A stretch of 64,000 nt of DNA, taken from the NCBI GenBank assembly GCA_032162605.1, contig JAVROT010000088.1:1144-65143 (forward strand). Reading direction: 5' to 3'. Below the pieces are notes generated by a model, which was given only the letters and a program-made list of their open reading frames with translations, was not told the origin of the DNA and searched no databases. Positions 34,473 through 43,931 of the stretch are shown in pieces. Within the stretch, counting starts at the first letter, position 1; every line of letters begins with the position of its first letter. Source of the DNA: Mycobacterium sp. GTDB lineage: Bacteria > Actinomycetota > Actinomycetes > Mycobacteriales > Mycobacteriaceae. Both the position numbers and the translations under genes were made by a program.

Positions 34473-37400
34473 GTGGGCTCAGGTGGGCGTGATGCGTCGC
34501 TCGATGTCCCGGATGGTCGTCCTGGGCCGGACATTGCCCAGGGCGGAGATGCGTCCGAGGTCTCGCGGCCGAGGCGGTCCTTCCATCTTCCAGAACACGA
34601 GGGCGCCGCCGATTTGCTGGCCTATCCGGCTGATGCCGGCCAGATGCGCCGGCTGACGATCCTCTTCGCCGACCTCGTCGACTCGACCAGATTGTCCACC
34701 CGCGTGGAGCCCGAGATCTATCGGATGCTCGTCGGCAGCTACCGGGACGAAGTGGTCCAAAATGTGAACCGCTATGAGGGCCATATCGGTTCGACCAAGG
34801 GCGACGGTCTGCTCGCAGTGTTCGGCTACCCCACCGCGCACGAGGACGACGTTCGGCGTGCTGTGCTTGCCGGGCTGGCGATCGTTCGAGAAGTGGTGCG
34901 CATCTGCGAGATATCCAAGCGGCAGTGGGGGATTGAGATCGCCGTGCGTGTCGGAGTGCACCGTGGACACGTGTACTTGGACACCGCGCAGGATGACGTG
35001 TACGGGCTGGCGGCCAATCTGGCGGCGCGCGTGTCGGGCTTGGCGCCGCCCAACTCGGTGGTGATCTCCGACGCTGTAGAACCCTTGGTGCGCCGAGACT
35101 TTGATTTGGAGGAACATACGCCGGCCGTGGTGAAGGGAGTCCGGGAGCCCATCGCGCACTACCGGGTTCTCGGCGAGCGGCTGGAACCCGAGAAGGTGCA
35201 GGATCGACCAATGGTGGGCCGGCAACGGCAGCGTGGCCGGTTGCGGGAGGCTTGGGCGCAGGCGGGGGACGGGACTCTGTCGACGCCGGGAATCGCGTTC
35301 GTCGGTGAGCCGGGAATCGGGAAGTCCCGCCTCGCTGGGCTGGCCGTCGCCATGGCGGAGCGTTCGGGGGCAACGGTTCTCGAGATGAACGGTTCGGCGT
35401 TTCACTCGAGTGCAGGCATGCACCCGGTACGCACCCTCCTGGAACGCCGCAGCGGAATCAACCGCTTGACCGATCAGACCGAGCGGTTGCGACTGCTTAC
35501 CGCTGAAGTAGCCCGACGGGGACTGGATCCGTCGGCCGTCGCGGCCCTGGCGCCGGTCGTCGGCATCGCGCCGGAAGCCGGCTACGACCCGCTCGAGGTC
35601 GAGGGGGTGAAGTTGTATCACCTGATCGCCGCGTCCGTTCAGGAGTATCTTCTGGCGAGTCTCGGCGGTGGCCCTGGTCTGGTGGTGGCCGAGGACGTGC
35701 ACTGGTTCGACCCGTCCACGTTGGAGGTTCTCGGGTCGTTGCTCGGCGCTGCCGACGGTCGACTGCTCGTGGTCATGACCGCAAGGCCTGGGGCGGCTCC
35801 GGACGACGGCTGGCCGGTGAAGGTGATCAAACTCAAGGCACTGACGCACAAGCAGACGGATGCCTTGATCGTGTCGTTGAATCCGCTACTGACGGTCGGT
35901 GAGCGAATGGCCGTGCATCATCGCTGCGACGGGGTGCCGTTCTACGTCGAACAGCTGGTGGCCGGGCTGGGTGGGCCGGGAGTTCCCGAGGCGCTCTACG
36001 ATCCGTTGTTCGCCAGGCTGAGGGCGAGCGCCAATGCGGTGCCGGTGGTCGAGGCAGCGGGCATCATCGGCCGCAACGTCGACCGTGTACTGCTAGGGAC
36101 GGTATGCACGCTGAGCGATGCGGAAGTCAACGAGGTCATCGACGAGCTCGAGAGGGCACTGGTCTTCGAGCAGCAGGGCACCGACGGATGGCGGTTTCGA
36201 CACGAGTTGCTGCGCGAGGTAGCGGTGGAGCTGGCTCCCCCGAGCGTGCGCAGGGGACTGCACGCGAGGGTCGCCGATGCCTTGGTCGACACGGGCGGCG
36301 ATCCCGACTGGGGAGTTGTGGCAGGTCACTACGAGCGTGCCGACCGATTCGGCGACGCGGCAAAGGCGTACTGGGAGGCCTCGACGATCGCGCGCCGTCG
36401 TGGCGCCCTTGTCGAGGCGCGTGGCTATCTGACGCGGGCCCTTGCACTGCTCGAACGCGTGGCGCCGGGCACCATGCCCAACCAGACCGAGACGGCGTTC
36501 CGGATGGAGCGCGGCTTGCTCTTTGCCGCCGCCGACGGTGCGTTGAGTGAGGATGCCGCCGCCGACTTCGCACGGAGCGTTGAACTCACCGAGGTCGATC
36601 GGCTGAACGAAGGGGTGCTGGAGACACGGCTCGATCTAGTGGAGTCATTCGTCATGCGGGCGGATCTGCGCGGAGCGTCCCAGCTGCTGGCGACACTGCG
36701 CCAGGACATCGGGATCGGGCGTTCGTGGATGCAGATGATCGTCGACATCTGGTCGGGGGTCGTGGCGTGTCTTCGTGGCACCTTCGACTCGGCGCTGACC
36801 CAACTCACTGCGGCGACCACCAGATTCGCCGCGGCCAGCCCCGACGACGTCGAGGCCTATGCACTCAACGTGTTGATCGTGCAGGCCTACACCCAGCTGG
36901 CATCGGTCTACCTGGTTCGCGGTGACCTCGCGAGTGCGGGAACCGAATTGAGCCGCGCAGAGCAGCTGCTCCAAGGGCTCGGCTACCCAGAGGGCCCATT
37001 CAACATCGCCTACGTGCGATTCGGGCAGATCTGGCTGCTCGTCGAAGCTGGTGACCTCGACCGCGCCGCGGGGGTGGCGGCCGACGTGACGGCACTCGCA
37101 GAGCGACACGGCCTCGATGTACTTCAACTCTTCGGCGCCACCTGGCAGGCAAGCATCCGCGCCCTTGCCGCTGTCACGAACGACACACCGCACCAGCCGA
37201 ATTCGCTGACTGACCCCGTCGCCGCCGTGACCGACCTGGTTGACGCGTTGCGCGCAGTCGAACTCAACGAGGTGGTCATGTACTTCTGCGGCATCGTTGC
37301 CAGGGCCATGACCGCCGCAGGTCAGCCCGAGCAAGCCCGGGCGCGCCTCGACTCTGCGCTCCAGATCGCCGAAGACACCGAATTGTGTTTCTACAAATCC

Positions 37401-37646
37401 GAATTGCTACGGCTGCGCGGTCACACCCAGGCCGACGGGGAAGCCCGCAGCGCCGACTTCGCCGCTGCTCGCGAGCTCGCTCGGGCACAGGGCGCGACCT
37501 TGTTCGAACTGCGCGCAGCGCTCGACGAGTGCGACGCCGGTGCCGCGCACGTCCATGTGCGGGACGTGATCGGTCGCTTCCCGCAGGGAAGCGATTCTCC
37601 GGAATTCGCTCGAGCCCGAGCATTGCTCGACGACTGGCTCGAGTGA
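34473..37646 (+). CDS. class III adenylate/guanylate cyclase domain fused to an AAA/STAND ATPase and a TPR-like C-terminus
   Basis: LTILFADLVDST...GDGLLAVFG...VRVGVHRG...AARV (cyclase domain), then FVGEPGIGKSRL (P-loop) and a long helical-repeat C-terminus. The exact start is uncertain. Confidence 0.85.
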   Translation: MGSGGRDASLDVPDGRPGPDIAQGGDASEVSRPRRSFHLPEHEGAADLLAYPADAGQMRRLTILFADLVDSTRLSTRVEPEIYRMLVGSYRDEVVQNVNRYEGHIGSTKGDGLLAVFGYPTAHEDDVRRAVLAGLAIVREVVRICEISKRQWGIEIAVRVGVHRGHVYLDTAQDDVYGLAANLAARVSGLAPPNSVVISDAVEPLVRRDFDLEEHTPAVVKGVREPIAHYRVLGERLEPEKVQDRPMVGRQRQRGRLREAWAQAGDGTLSTPGIAFVGEPGIGKSRLAGLAVAMAERSGATVLEMNGSAFHSSAGMHPVRTLLERRSGINRLTDQTERLRLLTAEVARRGLDPSAVAALAPVVGIAPEAGYDPLEVEGVKLYHLIAASVQEYLLASLGGGPGLVVAEDVHWFDPSTLEVLGSLLGAADGRLLVVMTARPGAAPDDGWPVKVIKLKALTHKQTDALIVSLNPLLTVGERMAVHHRCDGVPFYVEQLVAGLGGPGVPEALYDPLFARLRASANAVPVVEAAGIIGRNVDRVLLGTVCTLSDAEVNEVIDELERALVFEQQGTDGWRFRHELLREVAVELAPPSVRRGLHARVADALVDTGGDPDWGVVAGHYERADRFGDAAKAYWEASTIARRRGALVEARGYLTRALALLERVAPGTMPNQTETAFRMERGLLFAAADGALSEDAAADFARSVELTEVDRLNEGVLETRLDLVESFVMRADLRGASQLLATLRQDIGIGRSWMQMIVDIWSGVVACLRGTFDSALTQLTAATTRFAAASPDDVEAYALNVLIVQAYTQLASVYLVRGDLASAGTELSRAEQLLQGLGYPEGPFNIAYVRFGQIWLLVEAGDLDRAAGVAADVTALAERHGLDVLQLFGATWQASIRALAAVTNDTPHQPNSLTDPVAAVTDLVDALRAVELNEVVMYFCGIVARAMTAAGQPEQARARLDSALQIAEDTELCFYKSELLRLRGHTQADGEARSADFAAARELARAQGATLFELRAALDECDAGAAHVHVRDVIGRFPQGSDSPEFARARALLDDWLE

Positions 37647-37686
37647 GTTCGCCATTCTTGAACATTCGAGGATTCGAGGAGTCTGC

Positions 37687-37815
37687 ATGCCCGCTGCATA
37701 CCCGAAGAGTTCTATACACGGGGCCATTCCCGGCGTAGCGTACGGCATGTTGTTGATCTTGAATAGTGCTGCAATTGTGGCCGAGCATCGGGGGATGAGA
37801 AATGGACGAAGTTGA
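37687..37815 (+). CDS. candidate small ORF (42 aa, hydrophobic core)
   Basis: AGGAG lies 5 nt upstream of the ATG. Product MPAAYPKSSIHGAIPGVAYGMLLILNSAAIVAEHRGMRNGRS. GC3 is low and it overlaps the next small ORF by 14 nt. It is below the track cutoff. Confidence 0.2.
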   Translation: MPAAYPKSSIHGAIPGVAYGMLLILNSAAIVAEHRGMRNGRS

Positions 37816-38011
37816 TACGACCCAGGTCGTGGGGAATGCTCTTGGGGACGTGGAGGATATCGAGCTTCCCGTCCATACGCCGGCGAAGAATGACACGCCA
37901 ACGGGCGTGCTCTTCGTTCCGGATACGTTCAAACCAGGGGACAGGTTGAACATCCAGGTGGTGAAGGTCGTGGAAGACACGTACAACGACTTGGCCCGAC
38001 GCCGTACCTAG
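37802..38011 (+). CDS. candidate small protein (69 aa; acidic N-terminal half, basic C-terminus)
   Basis: GGGGGA lies upstream of the ATG. Product MDEVDTTQVVGNALGDVEDIELPVHTPAKNDTPTGVLFVPDTFKPGDRLNIQVVKVVEDTYNDLARRRT. Same strand as, and 35 nt before, the SBP-like gene. Confidence 0.4.
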   Translation: MDEVDTTQVVGNALGDVEDIELPVHTPAKNDTPTGVLFVPDTFKPGDRLNIQVVKVVEDTYNDLARRRT

Positions 38012-38046
38012 TAATCGTCGAGAACCGCCGCCTTCGCGGGCCGTCG

Positions 38047-39309
38047 GTGAATAACGAGAACCGCGTCGTATTCGAATTGGATACCGCGCCGGCGACGGTC
38101 GATCCATTGGTGGCAGGCGACTATGTGGAGCGTTGCATGTCGTCGGCGCTCCATTGTCCAGTGCTGCTGCTTTCTTCGGCGAGCGCGGCTCGTGACGAGT
38201 TCACGTTCGTCGTGGCCGAGGACCGTCGGTTCTCGGATGGCTCGAGAGTGCTCGTCGACGACGTTCTCCGCACCCTGGTACGGAGTGCGTCGTCGCCGTT
38301 GTGGGCGCGTTGCATCCGGTACCTCGAGCGGGCCGAGGTTGCGGGCGACCGCCTTCGGCTGACGATGCGGCAACCCGCCGCCTTCTTCCCGGACATGTTG
38401 CAGGCGATGGACTTCGCGCCGACCCATCCCGATGGCGTACTGGGCAACGGCCCGTACCGACTGATGAATGAGTTCAACGCCGATGAGCGCTGTCATCGTC
38501 TGACACCGAACCCGTTCTTTCCCGGTGCATCGAGCAGGCCGGACGTGGTCTTCATCGTCCAGGGAGACGTGGACGGGACCCCCGACCGATTTCTGCGCGG
38601 CGAGGTAGACATCACCTGTAACACCGCCTTTCCGCTCGGTCGACTGGCCGACTGGCAGGACCACCCGGCCTTGCGAACTGCGTCGACGGGGATCTACATG
38701 CAGCTGGAGCCGAATCCGACGGGCGGCGCACTCGCGGATCCCCGTATGCGACAGACACTTCGGGATTGTCTCGACCTCGCCGAGATCGCGGCCAGGTTCG
38801 ATGGTGGGTTTCGGCCTACGACGTACCGCCGCCCAAGGGACCGGAAGTCGCAGTCGCGAAACCGATTTCGCCAACGGGTGCGGATCGCCTATCACGACTT
38901 CCCGCCCAATCGTGAGGTACTGGAGGAGGTGCGCGGTCAGTGGCGGGTGCGCTTGGGAGTCGATACTGAGCTCGTCGAACGCGACTATGCCGATCGGTCC
39001 CGCGCGGGCGTCGACGCGTCATTCGTCCTGGGCTACGCCGCCTTCACACATCCCTATTCCGAGTTCGATCAGTACGCCGGCCCGTTGAGAGATCCGGAGT
39101 TCGATCGACTGTTGCAAGCCTTTGCCGCTGAGGCGCCCGGATCGCGGCATGCACTCGAACATCACATCGACACCGCGGTTCCCGTGATTCGGTTGTTCGA
39201 GGTGATCGGGCACTGGCTGGCGAGTCCGCGAGTCGAGGGCTTCGATTGGCCCACCGATTCGATGTTCGACTTCACCGGACTCCGACTGGTTGATCGAGGA
39301 CAGTCGTGA
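38047..39309 (+). CDS. family-5 solute-binding-protein homologue without signal peptide (cytoplasmic)
   Basis: 420 aa with SBP_bac_5-like segments (GNGPYRL, LTPNPFF, GEVDI and the FDxxxxxxG ends) but no signal sequence or lipobox. GTGA-coupled to the ThiF-like gene. Confidence 0.7.
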   Translation: MNNENRVVFELDTAPATVDPLVAGDYVERCMSSALHCPVLLLSSASAARDEFTFVVAEDRRFSDGSRVLVDDVLRTLVRSASSPLWARCIRYLERAEVAGDRLRLTMRQPAAFFPDMLQAMDFAPTHPDGVLGNGPYRLMNEFNADERCHRLTPNPFFPGASSRPDVVFIVQGDVDGTPDRFLRGEVDITCNTAFPLGRLADWQDHPALRTASTGIYMQLEPNPTGGALADPRMRQTLRDCLDLAEIAARFDGGFRPTTYRRPRDRKSQSRNRFRQRVRIAYHDFPPNREVLEEVRGQWRVRLGVDTELVERDYADRSRAGVDASFVLGYAAFTHPYSEFDQYAGPLRDPEFDRLLQAFAAEAPGSRHALEHHIDTAVPVIRLFEVIGHWLASPRVEGFDWPTDSMFDFTGLRLVDRGQS

Positions 39310-40271
39310 TCCGCCTGTCGCCCGCGATGACCTGGAGCCGCAGGGACGCCGAAGTCTTCGTCCACGGGGAGACTCAGATCCTATTGGTGAGCGATTGTCC
39401 ACCCGACGTCGACGCCATGATGCGGTTGCTCGTGCGCGGTTGCGACTCGACGGCCTTCGCCGGACTGGACATCGAAACATCCTGTGTGACCGGCATCTTG
39501 GAAATTCTTCGTGAGGCCAACTGCCTGATCGACGTCAGCTCCGACCGGTGGGCGGGCACCGCGCTCGAACGCCAGGCGGACTACTTCGCCGCGCTGGGAG
39601 CCGATCCGGACGAGGTTCACGCGAACCTCGGGACGGCGACCGTTGCGCTACTTGGCCTCGGCGGCATCGGTTCGATGACGTTGGCGCATCTCGTGTCCGC
39701 CGGATTGCAGCGGTTCACGCTCGTCGATGGCGACGTCGTACAGATCCACAACCTCAACCGGCAGTTCCTCTACCGGCCATCCGACGTGGGTCGGCGCAAG
39801 GTCGATGCCGTGGCCGACTGGGTGCGTGAGCGACATCCGACGGCCGTGATCCGCTCTGTGCCGCGGATGATCACCGAGCAGTCGGAGTTGACGTCGCTCC
39901 TGGGGGAGCACACCGCATTGCTCGTCCAAGCCGCGGACTCGCCGAGTGACATCGCCTTGCTGGCTGCCCAGGCGTGTCTCGCCACCGGTACTCCGTTGAT
40001 CAGTGCGGACTGCGGGTTACGAACGGCGAGCTGGGGTCCACTGGTAGAAACCGCGGACCTCCAGACCCATACGTCGGCGCTACTCGAACGACGCGGTCGT
40101 GCTCCCGTTCCACCTGCCGCGCAGGCGATGAGCGCGTCATTTGGTCCCACGAATGCGATCGTCGCCTCGTACCTGGCGAAGGAGATTCTGTCGTGGTTCG
40201 CCGGGCTGCCGGTTGCTTCTCGTGGGGTAAAGGTGGTGGTCGACCTCGATCAGTTCCGCAGGCTGCAGTGA
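39306..40271 (+). CDS. ThiF/MoeB (E1-like) adenylyltransferase with an extra ~100-aa N-terminal domain (RRE/peptide-clamp-like)
   Basis: VALLGLGGIGS, LVDGDVVQIHNLNRQFLY and DVGRRKV. The N-terminal 100 aa (RLSPAMTWSRRDAEVFVHGETQILLVSDCPPDVDAMMRLLVRG) lie outside the E1 fold. Confidence 0.8.
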   Translation: MIRLSPAMTWSRRDAEVFVHGETQILLVSDCPPDVDAMMRLLVRGCDSTAFAGLDIETSCVTGILEILREANCLIDVSSDRWAGTALERQADYFAALGADPDEVHANLGTATVALLGLGGIGSMTLAHLVSAGLQRFTLVDGDVVQIHNLNRQFLYRPSDVGRRKVDAVADWVRERHPTAVIRSVPRMITEQSELTSLLGEHTALLVQAADSPSDIALLAAQACLATGTPLISADCGLRTASWGPLVETADLQTHTSALLERRGRAPVPPAAQAMSASFGPTNAIVASYLAKEILSWFAGLPVASRGVKVVVDLDQFRRLQ

Positions 40272-40272
40272 G

Positions 40273-41091
40273 TCACTCATCGGTGTCCATGACGCGTTGT
40301 GAGCTCACCGGCCGGGGCGTCGACCTGCGACCGGACCGTCGCCCTGGCAGCGGAATCCGGTTGGCGATGTTGCTCAGCGGATTCACCACCTGGCTCAGGG
40401 TGATGACGGCCTCGTGCAGGGCATCGATCGTTGGTGCCAACGCTTCGAGGCCCGGGGCCAGGCGGTTGAGCGTGTCGGCGACGTCCGCCAGCTTGAGCAG
40501 CGGCCCGTCCTCGGCCGTGATGGTATCGAGCAGGCCGCCCTCGGCAAGAAGGCGGTCGGCAACGCCGTCCTCTCGGAGCACCCGCTCGAACAGGCCGTCA
40601 TTGGCCAGCAGCTGATCGGCGAGACCACCTGGCGCGATCACCCGCGACACGGCACCGTCGTCGGTGGTCAGCCTGTCGATCAGCCCACCCTCGGATGTCA
40701 CCTGATCGATCAGCCCACCGGGAGCCACCGCGCGCGCGACGGGCCCGTTCTCCGTCGTCAACCGGTCGAGCAGCCCACCCTCGGCAGTTAACTGGTCCAC
40801 GATGCCGCCGGGTCTGAGCAGTCGGTTGATCGGGCCATCCGGCGCCAACGCGCGTCCCAGCGGCGCGTCGTCGTCCATCAGGTGCGCCAATCGATTGGCG
40901 CGCTCGACCGCGTCCTCGAGCCCAAGCAGCTGCGCGAACGATGAGCCGCTGTTCAGCGACTTTCCGTCGCTGAGCCCCCGCTGGACGACGCTGATCGTCT
41001 CACCGGCAATGCCGAGGCCCACGTCGGCGACGGCGAGACCGATGCGTACCGGTGCGGTGGCCATGTCGACCAGGGCTTTGCCGAGATTCAT
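40273..41091 (-). CDS. conserved repeat protein (about 12 tandem decapeptide xGG[LIV]xD[RQ]Lxx units), positional counterpart of Rv0756c
   Basis: 272 aa. Repeats include PGGIVDQLTA, EGGLLDRLTT, PGGLIDQVTS, EGGLIDRLTT and PGGLADQLLA. It lies divergently upstream of phoP. Confidence 0.7.
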   Translation of the reverse strand: MNLGKALVDMATAPVRIGLAVADVGLGIAGETISVVQRGLSDGKSLNSGSSFAQLLGLEDAVERANRLAHLMDDDAPLGRALAPDGPINRLLRPGGIVDQLTAEGGLLDRLTTENGPVARAVAPGGLIDQVTSEGGLIDRLTTDDGAVSRVIAPGGLADQLLANDGLFERVLREDGVADRLLAEGGLLDTITAEDGPLLKLADVADTLNRLAPGLEALAPTIDALHEAVITLSQVVNPLSNIANRIPLPGRRSGRRSTPRPVSSQRVMDTDE

Positions 41092-41200
41092 GCGATCAGT
41101 CTATGGCGGGGGTCACATCGGCGAACCTGAGAATGAACTCACAGGAAGCTCACAGCGTTCCTGCAGCGTCAATGCAACCGAATGGGAGGACATTGTTGAC

Positions 41201-41920
41201 ATGGCCATGGCTGCAGTCCCCGAGTCCGTACCCGAAGCGCGGGTTCTCGTCGTCGACGACGAAACCAACATCGTCGAGCTGCTCTCGGTGAGCCTGAAGT
41301 TCCAGGGCTTCGAGGTGTACACCGCCTCCAGCGGACCAGCTGCGCTGGACAAGGCGCGCGAGGTGCGGCCGGATGCCGTCATCCTCGACGTGATGATGCC
41401 CGGGATGGACGGCTTCGGAGTGCTGCGCCGGCTGCGCGCCGACGGCATCGACTCGCCCGCGCTGTTCCTGACCGCTCGCGACTCGCTGCAGGACAAGATC
41501 GCCGGGCTCACCCTCGGCGGCGACGACTACGTCACCAAGCCTTTCAGCCTTGAAGAGGTGGTGGCCCGGCTGCGCGTCATCCTCCGCCGCTCCGGCCGGG
41601 GCGTCGAGGAGCCCCGCAGCGCACGGCTGACGTTTGCCGACATCGAGCTAGACGAGGACACCCACGAGGTGTGGAAGGCCGGCGAGCCCGTCTCGCTGTC
41701 ACCGACCGAGTTCACCCTCCTGCGTTACTTCATCATCAACGCTGGGACGGTGCTCTCCAAGCCCAAGATCCTCGATCACGTCTGGCGTTACGACTTCGGC
41801 GGCGACGTCAACGTCGTCGAGTCCTACGTGTCGTATCTGCGGCGCAAGATCGACACCGGCGAGAAGCGCCTCCTTCACACCCTGCGCGGTGTGGGATACG
41901 TGCTGCGCGAACCGCGCTAG
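41201..41920 (+). CDS. phoP: two-component response regulator PhoP (OmpR family)
   Basis: Near-identical over its length to M. tuberculosis PhoP as I recall it (RVLVVDDEANIVELLSVSLKFQGFEV...VWRYDFGGDVNVVESYVSYLRRKID...GVGYVLREPR). Confidence 0.95.
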   Translation: MAMAAVPESVPEARVLVVDDETNIVELLSVSLKFQGFEVYTASSGPAALDKAREVRPDAVILDVMMPGMDGFGVLRRLRADGIDSPALFLTARDSLQDKIAGLTLGGDDYVTKPFSLEEVVARLRVILRRSGRGVEEPRSARLTFADIELDEDTHEVWKAGEPVSLSPTEFTLLRYFIINAGTVLSKPKILDHVWRYDFGGDVNVVESYVSYLRRKIDTGEKRLLHTLRGVGYVLREPR

Positions 41921-41976
41921 CCCCACCAATGCGTGAGTTCGCCAGCCATCGGCCACGCTTCTTGGACAATGGGAGG

Positions 41977-43410
41977 ATGGCGAGTCTTCGCGGGCGGGGC
42001 ATTCCACTCCGAGTCGGGCTGGTCGCGGCGACCTTGGTGCTGGTGGCGTGTGGCCTGCTCGCCTCGGGCATCGCCGTCACGTCGATCATGCGGCACAGTC
42101 TGATCAACCGCGTCGACGAGACGTTGCTCGATGCCTCGAGGGGCTGGGCACAGGCGCCCCGGCGGATGCCCACCACTCCCGTCGAGGACCCGAACCCCGC
42201 CAGGCCACCGTCGAACTTCTACGTCCGCGGTATCGACTCCGATGGGCGCATCTGGATGGCGGTCAACGACCGCGAGGCCGAGCCCGCGCTGCCCGACAGC
42301 AACGACGTCGGCCCGGTGCCCGTCACGGTCGGATCCGTCGACCACTCGAAGGTGGAGTGGCGGGCGATGACCGTGCGCGGTCTGCACGGCGAACTCACCA
42401 CCGTCGCCATCGATCTCTCTGACGTGTCGTCGACCGCCGACGCGCTCCTGTGGTCGCAGGTCGGCATCGGCGTCGCGGTGCTCCTGGTACTCGGCATCGC
42501 CGGATATGCAGTGGTACACCGCAGTCTCAGACCGCTGGTCGAGGTGGAGCAGACGGCGGCGGCGATCGCGGACGGTGAGCTCGACCGACGCATCCCGCAG
42601 CGCGACTCGCGCACCGAGGTCGGCCGATTGTCGTTGGCGCTCAACGGAATGCTCGCACAGATCCAACGAGCCGTCGCGTCGTCGGAGGCATCGGCGGAGA
42701 AGGCGCGCACGTCCGAGGACCGGATGCGACGGTTCATCACCGATGCCAGCCACGAGCTCCGCACACCGCTGACCACCATCCGCGGCTTCGCCGAGCTGTA
42801 CCGCCAGGGCGCCGCCCGAGACGTCGAACTCCTGATGAGCCGAATCGAGAGCGAATCCCAGCGCATGGGCCTGCTCGTCGAGGATCTCCTGCTGTTGGCC
42901 CGCCTCGACGCGCAACGGCCCATGGAACGTCGCCGCGTCGACCTGCTGGCGCTCGCCAGCGACGCCGTGCACGACGCCCGTTCGATCGCCCCGAAGCGCA
43001 CCATCTCGATGGAGGTGTTCGACGGCCCTGGTATCCCCGAGGTGCTCGGGGACGAAGCGCGGTTGCGGCAGGTTCTTGGCAACCTGGTGGCCAATGCGCT
43101 GCAACATACCCCGGAGTCCGCCAGCATCGCGATCCGGGTCGGCACCGAACAGGACAGCACCATCCTGGAGGTGTCCGACGAGGGTCCGGGGATGAGCCGC
43201 GAGGATGCGCACCGCGTGTTCGAACGCTTCTACCGAACCGACTCCTCGCGGGCACGCACCAGTGGAGGCACGGGTCTCGGGCTCTCGATCGTCGACTCGC
43301 TGGTCTTCGCACATGGCGGCACGGTGAGCGTCACCACCGCGCCCGGTCAGGGCTGTCGTTTCACGGTGCAACTGCCCCGTATCGCCGACGTGCCAGCACC
43401 CGTCACCTGA
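41977..43410 (+). CDS. phoR: sensor histidine kinase PhoR
   Basis: GGAGG lies upstream. Starts MASLRGRGIPLRVGLVAATLVLVACGL. Two TM helices, HAMP, H-box FITDASHELRTPLT, N/G boxes (LGNLVANALQHT, GGTGLGLSIV). Confidence 0.9.
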   Translation: MASLRGRGIPLRVGLVAATLVLVACGLLASGIAVTSIMRHSLINRVDETLLDASRGWAQAPRRMPTTPVEDPNPARPPSNFYVRGIDSDGRIWMAVNDREAEPALPDSNDVGPVPVTVGSVDHSKVEWRAMTVRGLHGELTTVAIDLSDVSSTADALLWSQVGIGVAVLLVLGIAGYAVVHRSLRPLVEVEQTAAAIADGELDRRIPQRDSRTEVGRLSLALNGMLAQIQRAVASSEASAEKARTSEDRMRRFITDASHELRTPLTTIRGFAELYRQGAARDVELLMSRIESESQRMGLLVEDLLLLARLDAQRPMERRRVDLLALASDAVHDARSIAPKRTISMEVFDGPGIPEVLGDEARLRQVLGNLVANALQHTPESASIAIRVGTEQDSTILEVSDEGPGMSREDAHRVFERFYRTDSSRARTSGGTGLGLSIVDSLVFAHGGTVSVTTAPGQGCRFTVQLPRIADVPAPVT

Positions 43411-43413
43411 CGG

Positions 43414-43875
43414 TCAGGCATCTCCCCGAGTCGCTTCGCTCTCCCCCTCGAGCGGGGGGACCCCCAGCGCCGAATCCAGTTCCGCGAGCGCCGCTTTGAT
43501 CTTCTCCTGCGCCTCGTCGAGTGACTTCTGCGACGGGTTTCGGTCCACGTTCGCGAAGCCGAAGTCGGCGAGATCGCGGGCCGGGAAGACGTGGACGTGC
43601 AGATGCGGCACCTCGAGGCCGGCGATGATCACCCCCGATCGCTGCGTGCCGAACGCCTTGCTGACGGCCTTGCCGATGCGCTGGGACACCGCCATCACGC
43701 GGTTGAAGGCCGCGGGGTCGACGTCTTGCCAGTTGTCGATCTCGGCACGCGGCACGACGAGCGTGTGCCCCTGCGTCATGGGTTCGATCGTCAGGAACGC
43801 GACGACCTCATCGTCCTCGTAAACGAATCGACCAGGGATTTCACGGTTGATGATCTTGGTGAAGACGGACGCCAT
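43414..43875 (-). CDS. HIT-family protein (Rv0759c-like)
   Basis: Starts [14 protein letters not shown] and carries the histidine triad HLHVHVF. Confidence 0.85.
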   Translation of the reverse strand: MASVFTKIINREIPGRFVYEDDEVVAFLTIEPMTQGHTLVVPRAEIDNWQDVDPAAFNRVMAVSQRIGKAVSKAFGTQRSGVIIAGLEVPHLHVHVFPARDLADFGFANVDRNPSQKSLDEAQEKIKAALAELDSALGVPPLEGESEATRGDA

Positions 43876-43931
43876 GGCATCGAGCATGCCAGACGGCTCA
43901 TGCAGGTAGTTGCCAGCTCCGCGCCAGACCC

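Noticed and set aside
37665-37681. Tandem ATTCGAGG-ATTCGAGG duplication after the cyclase-ATPase gene
   Set aside because: Only two short units. It most likely just generates the SD-like AGGAG of the 42-aa candidate ORF and is not a repeat array.
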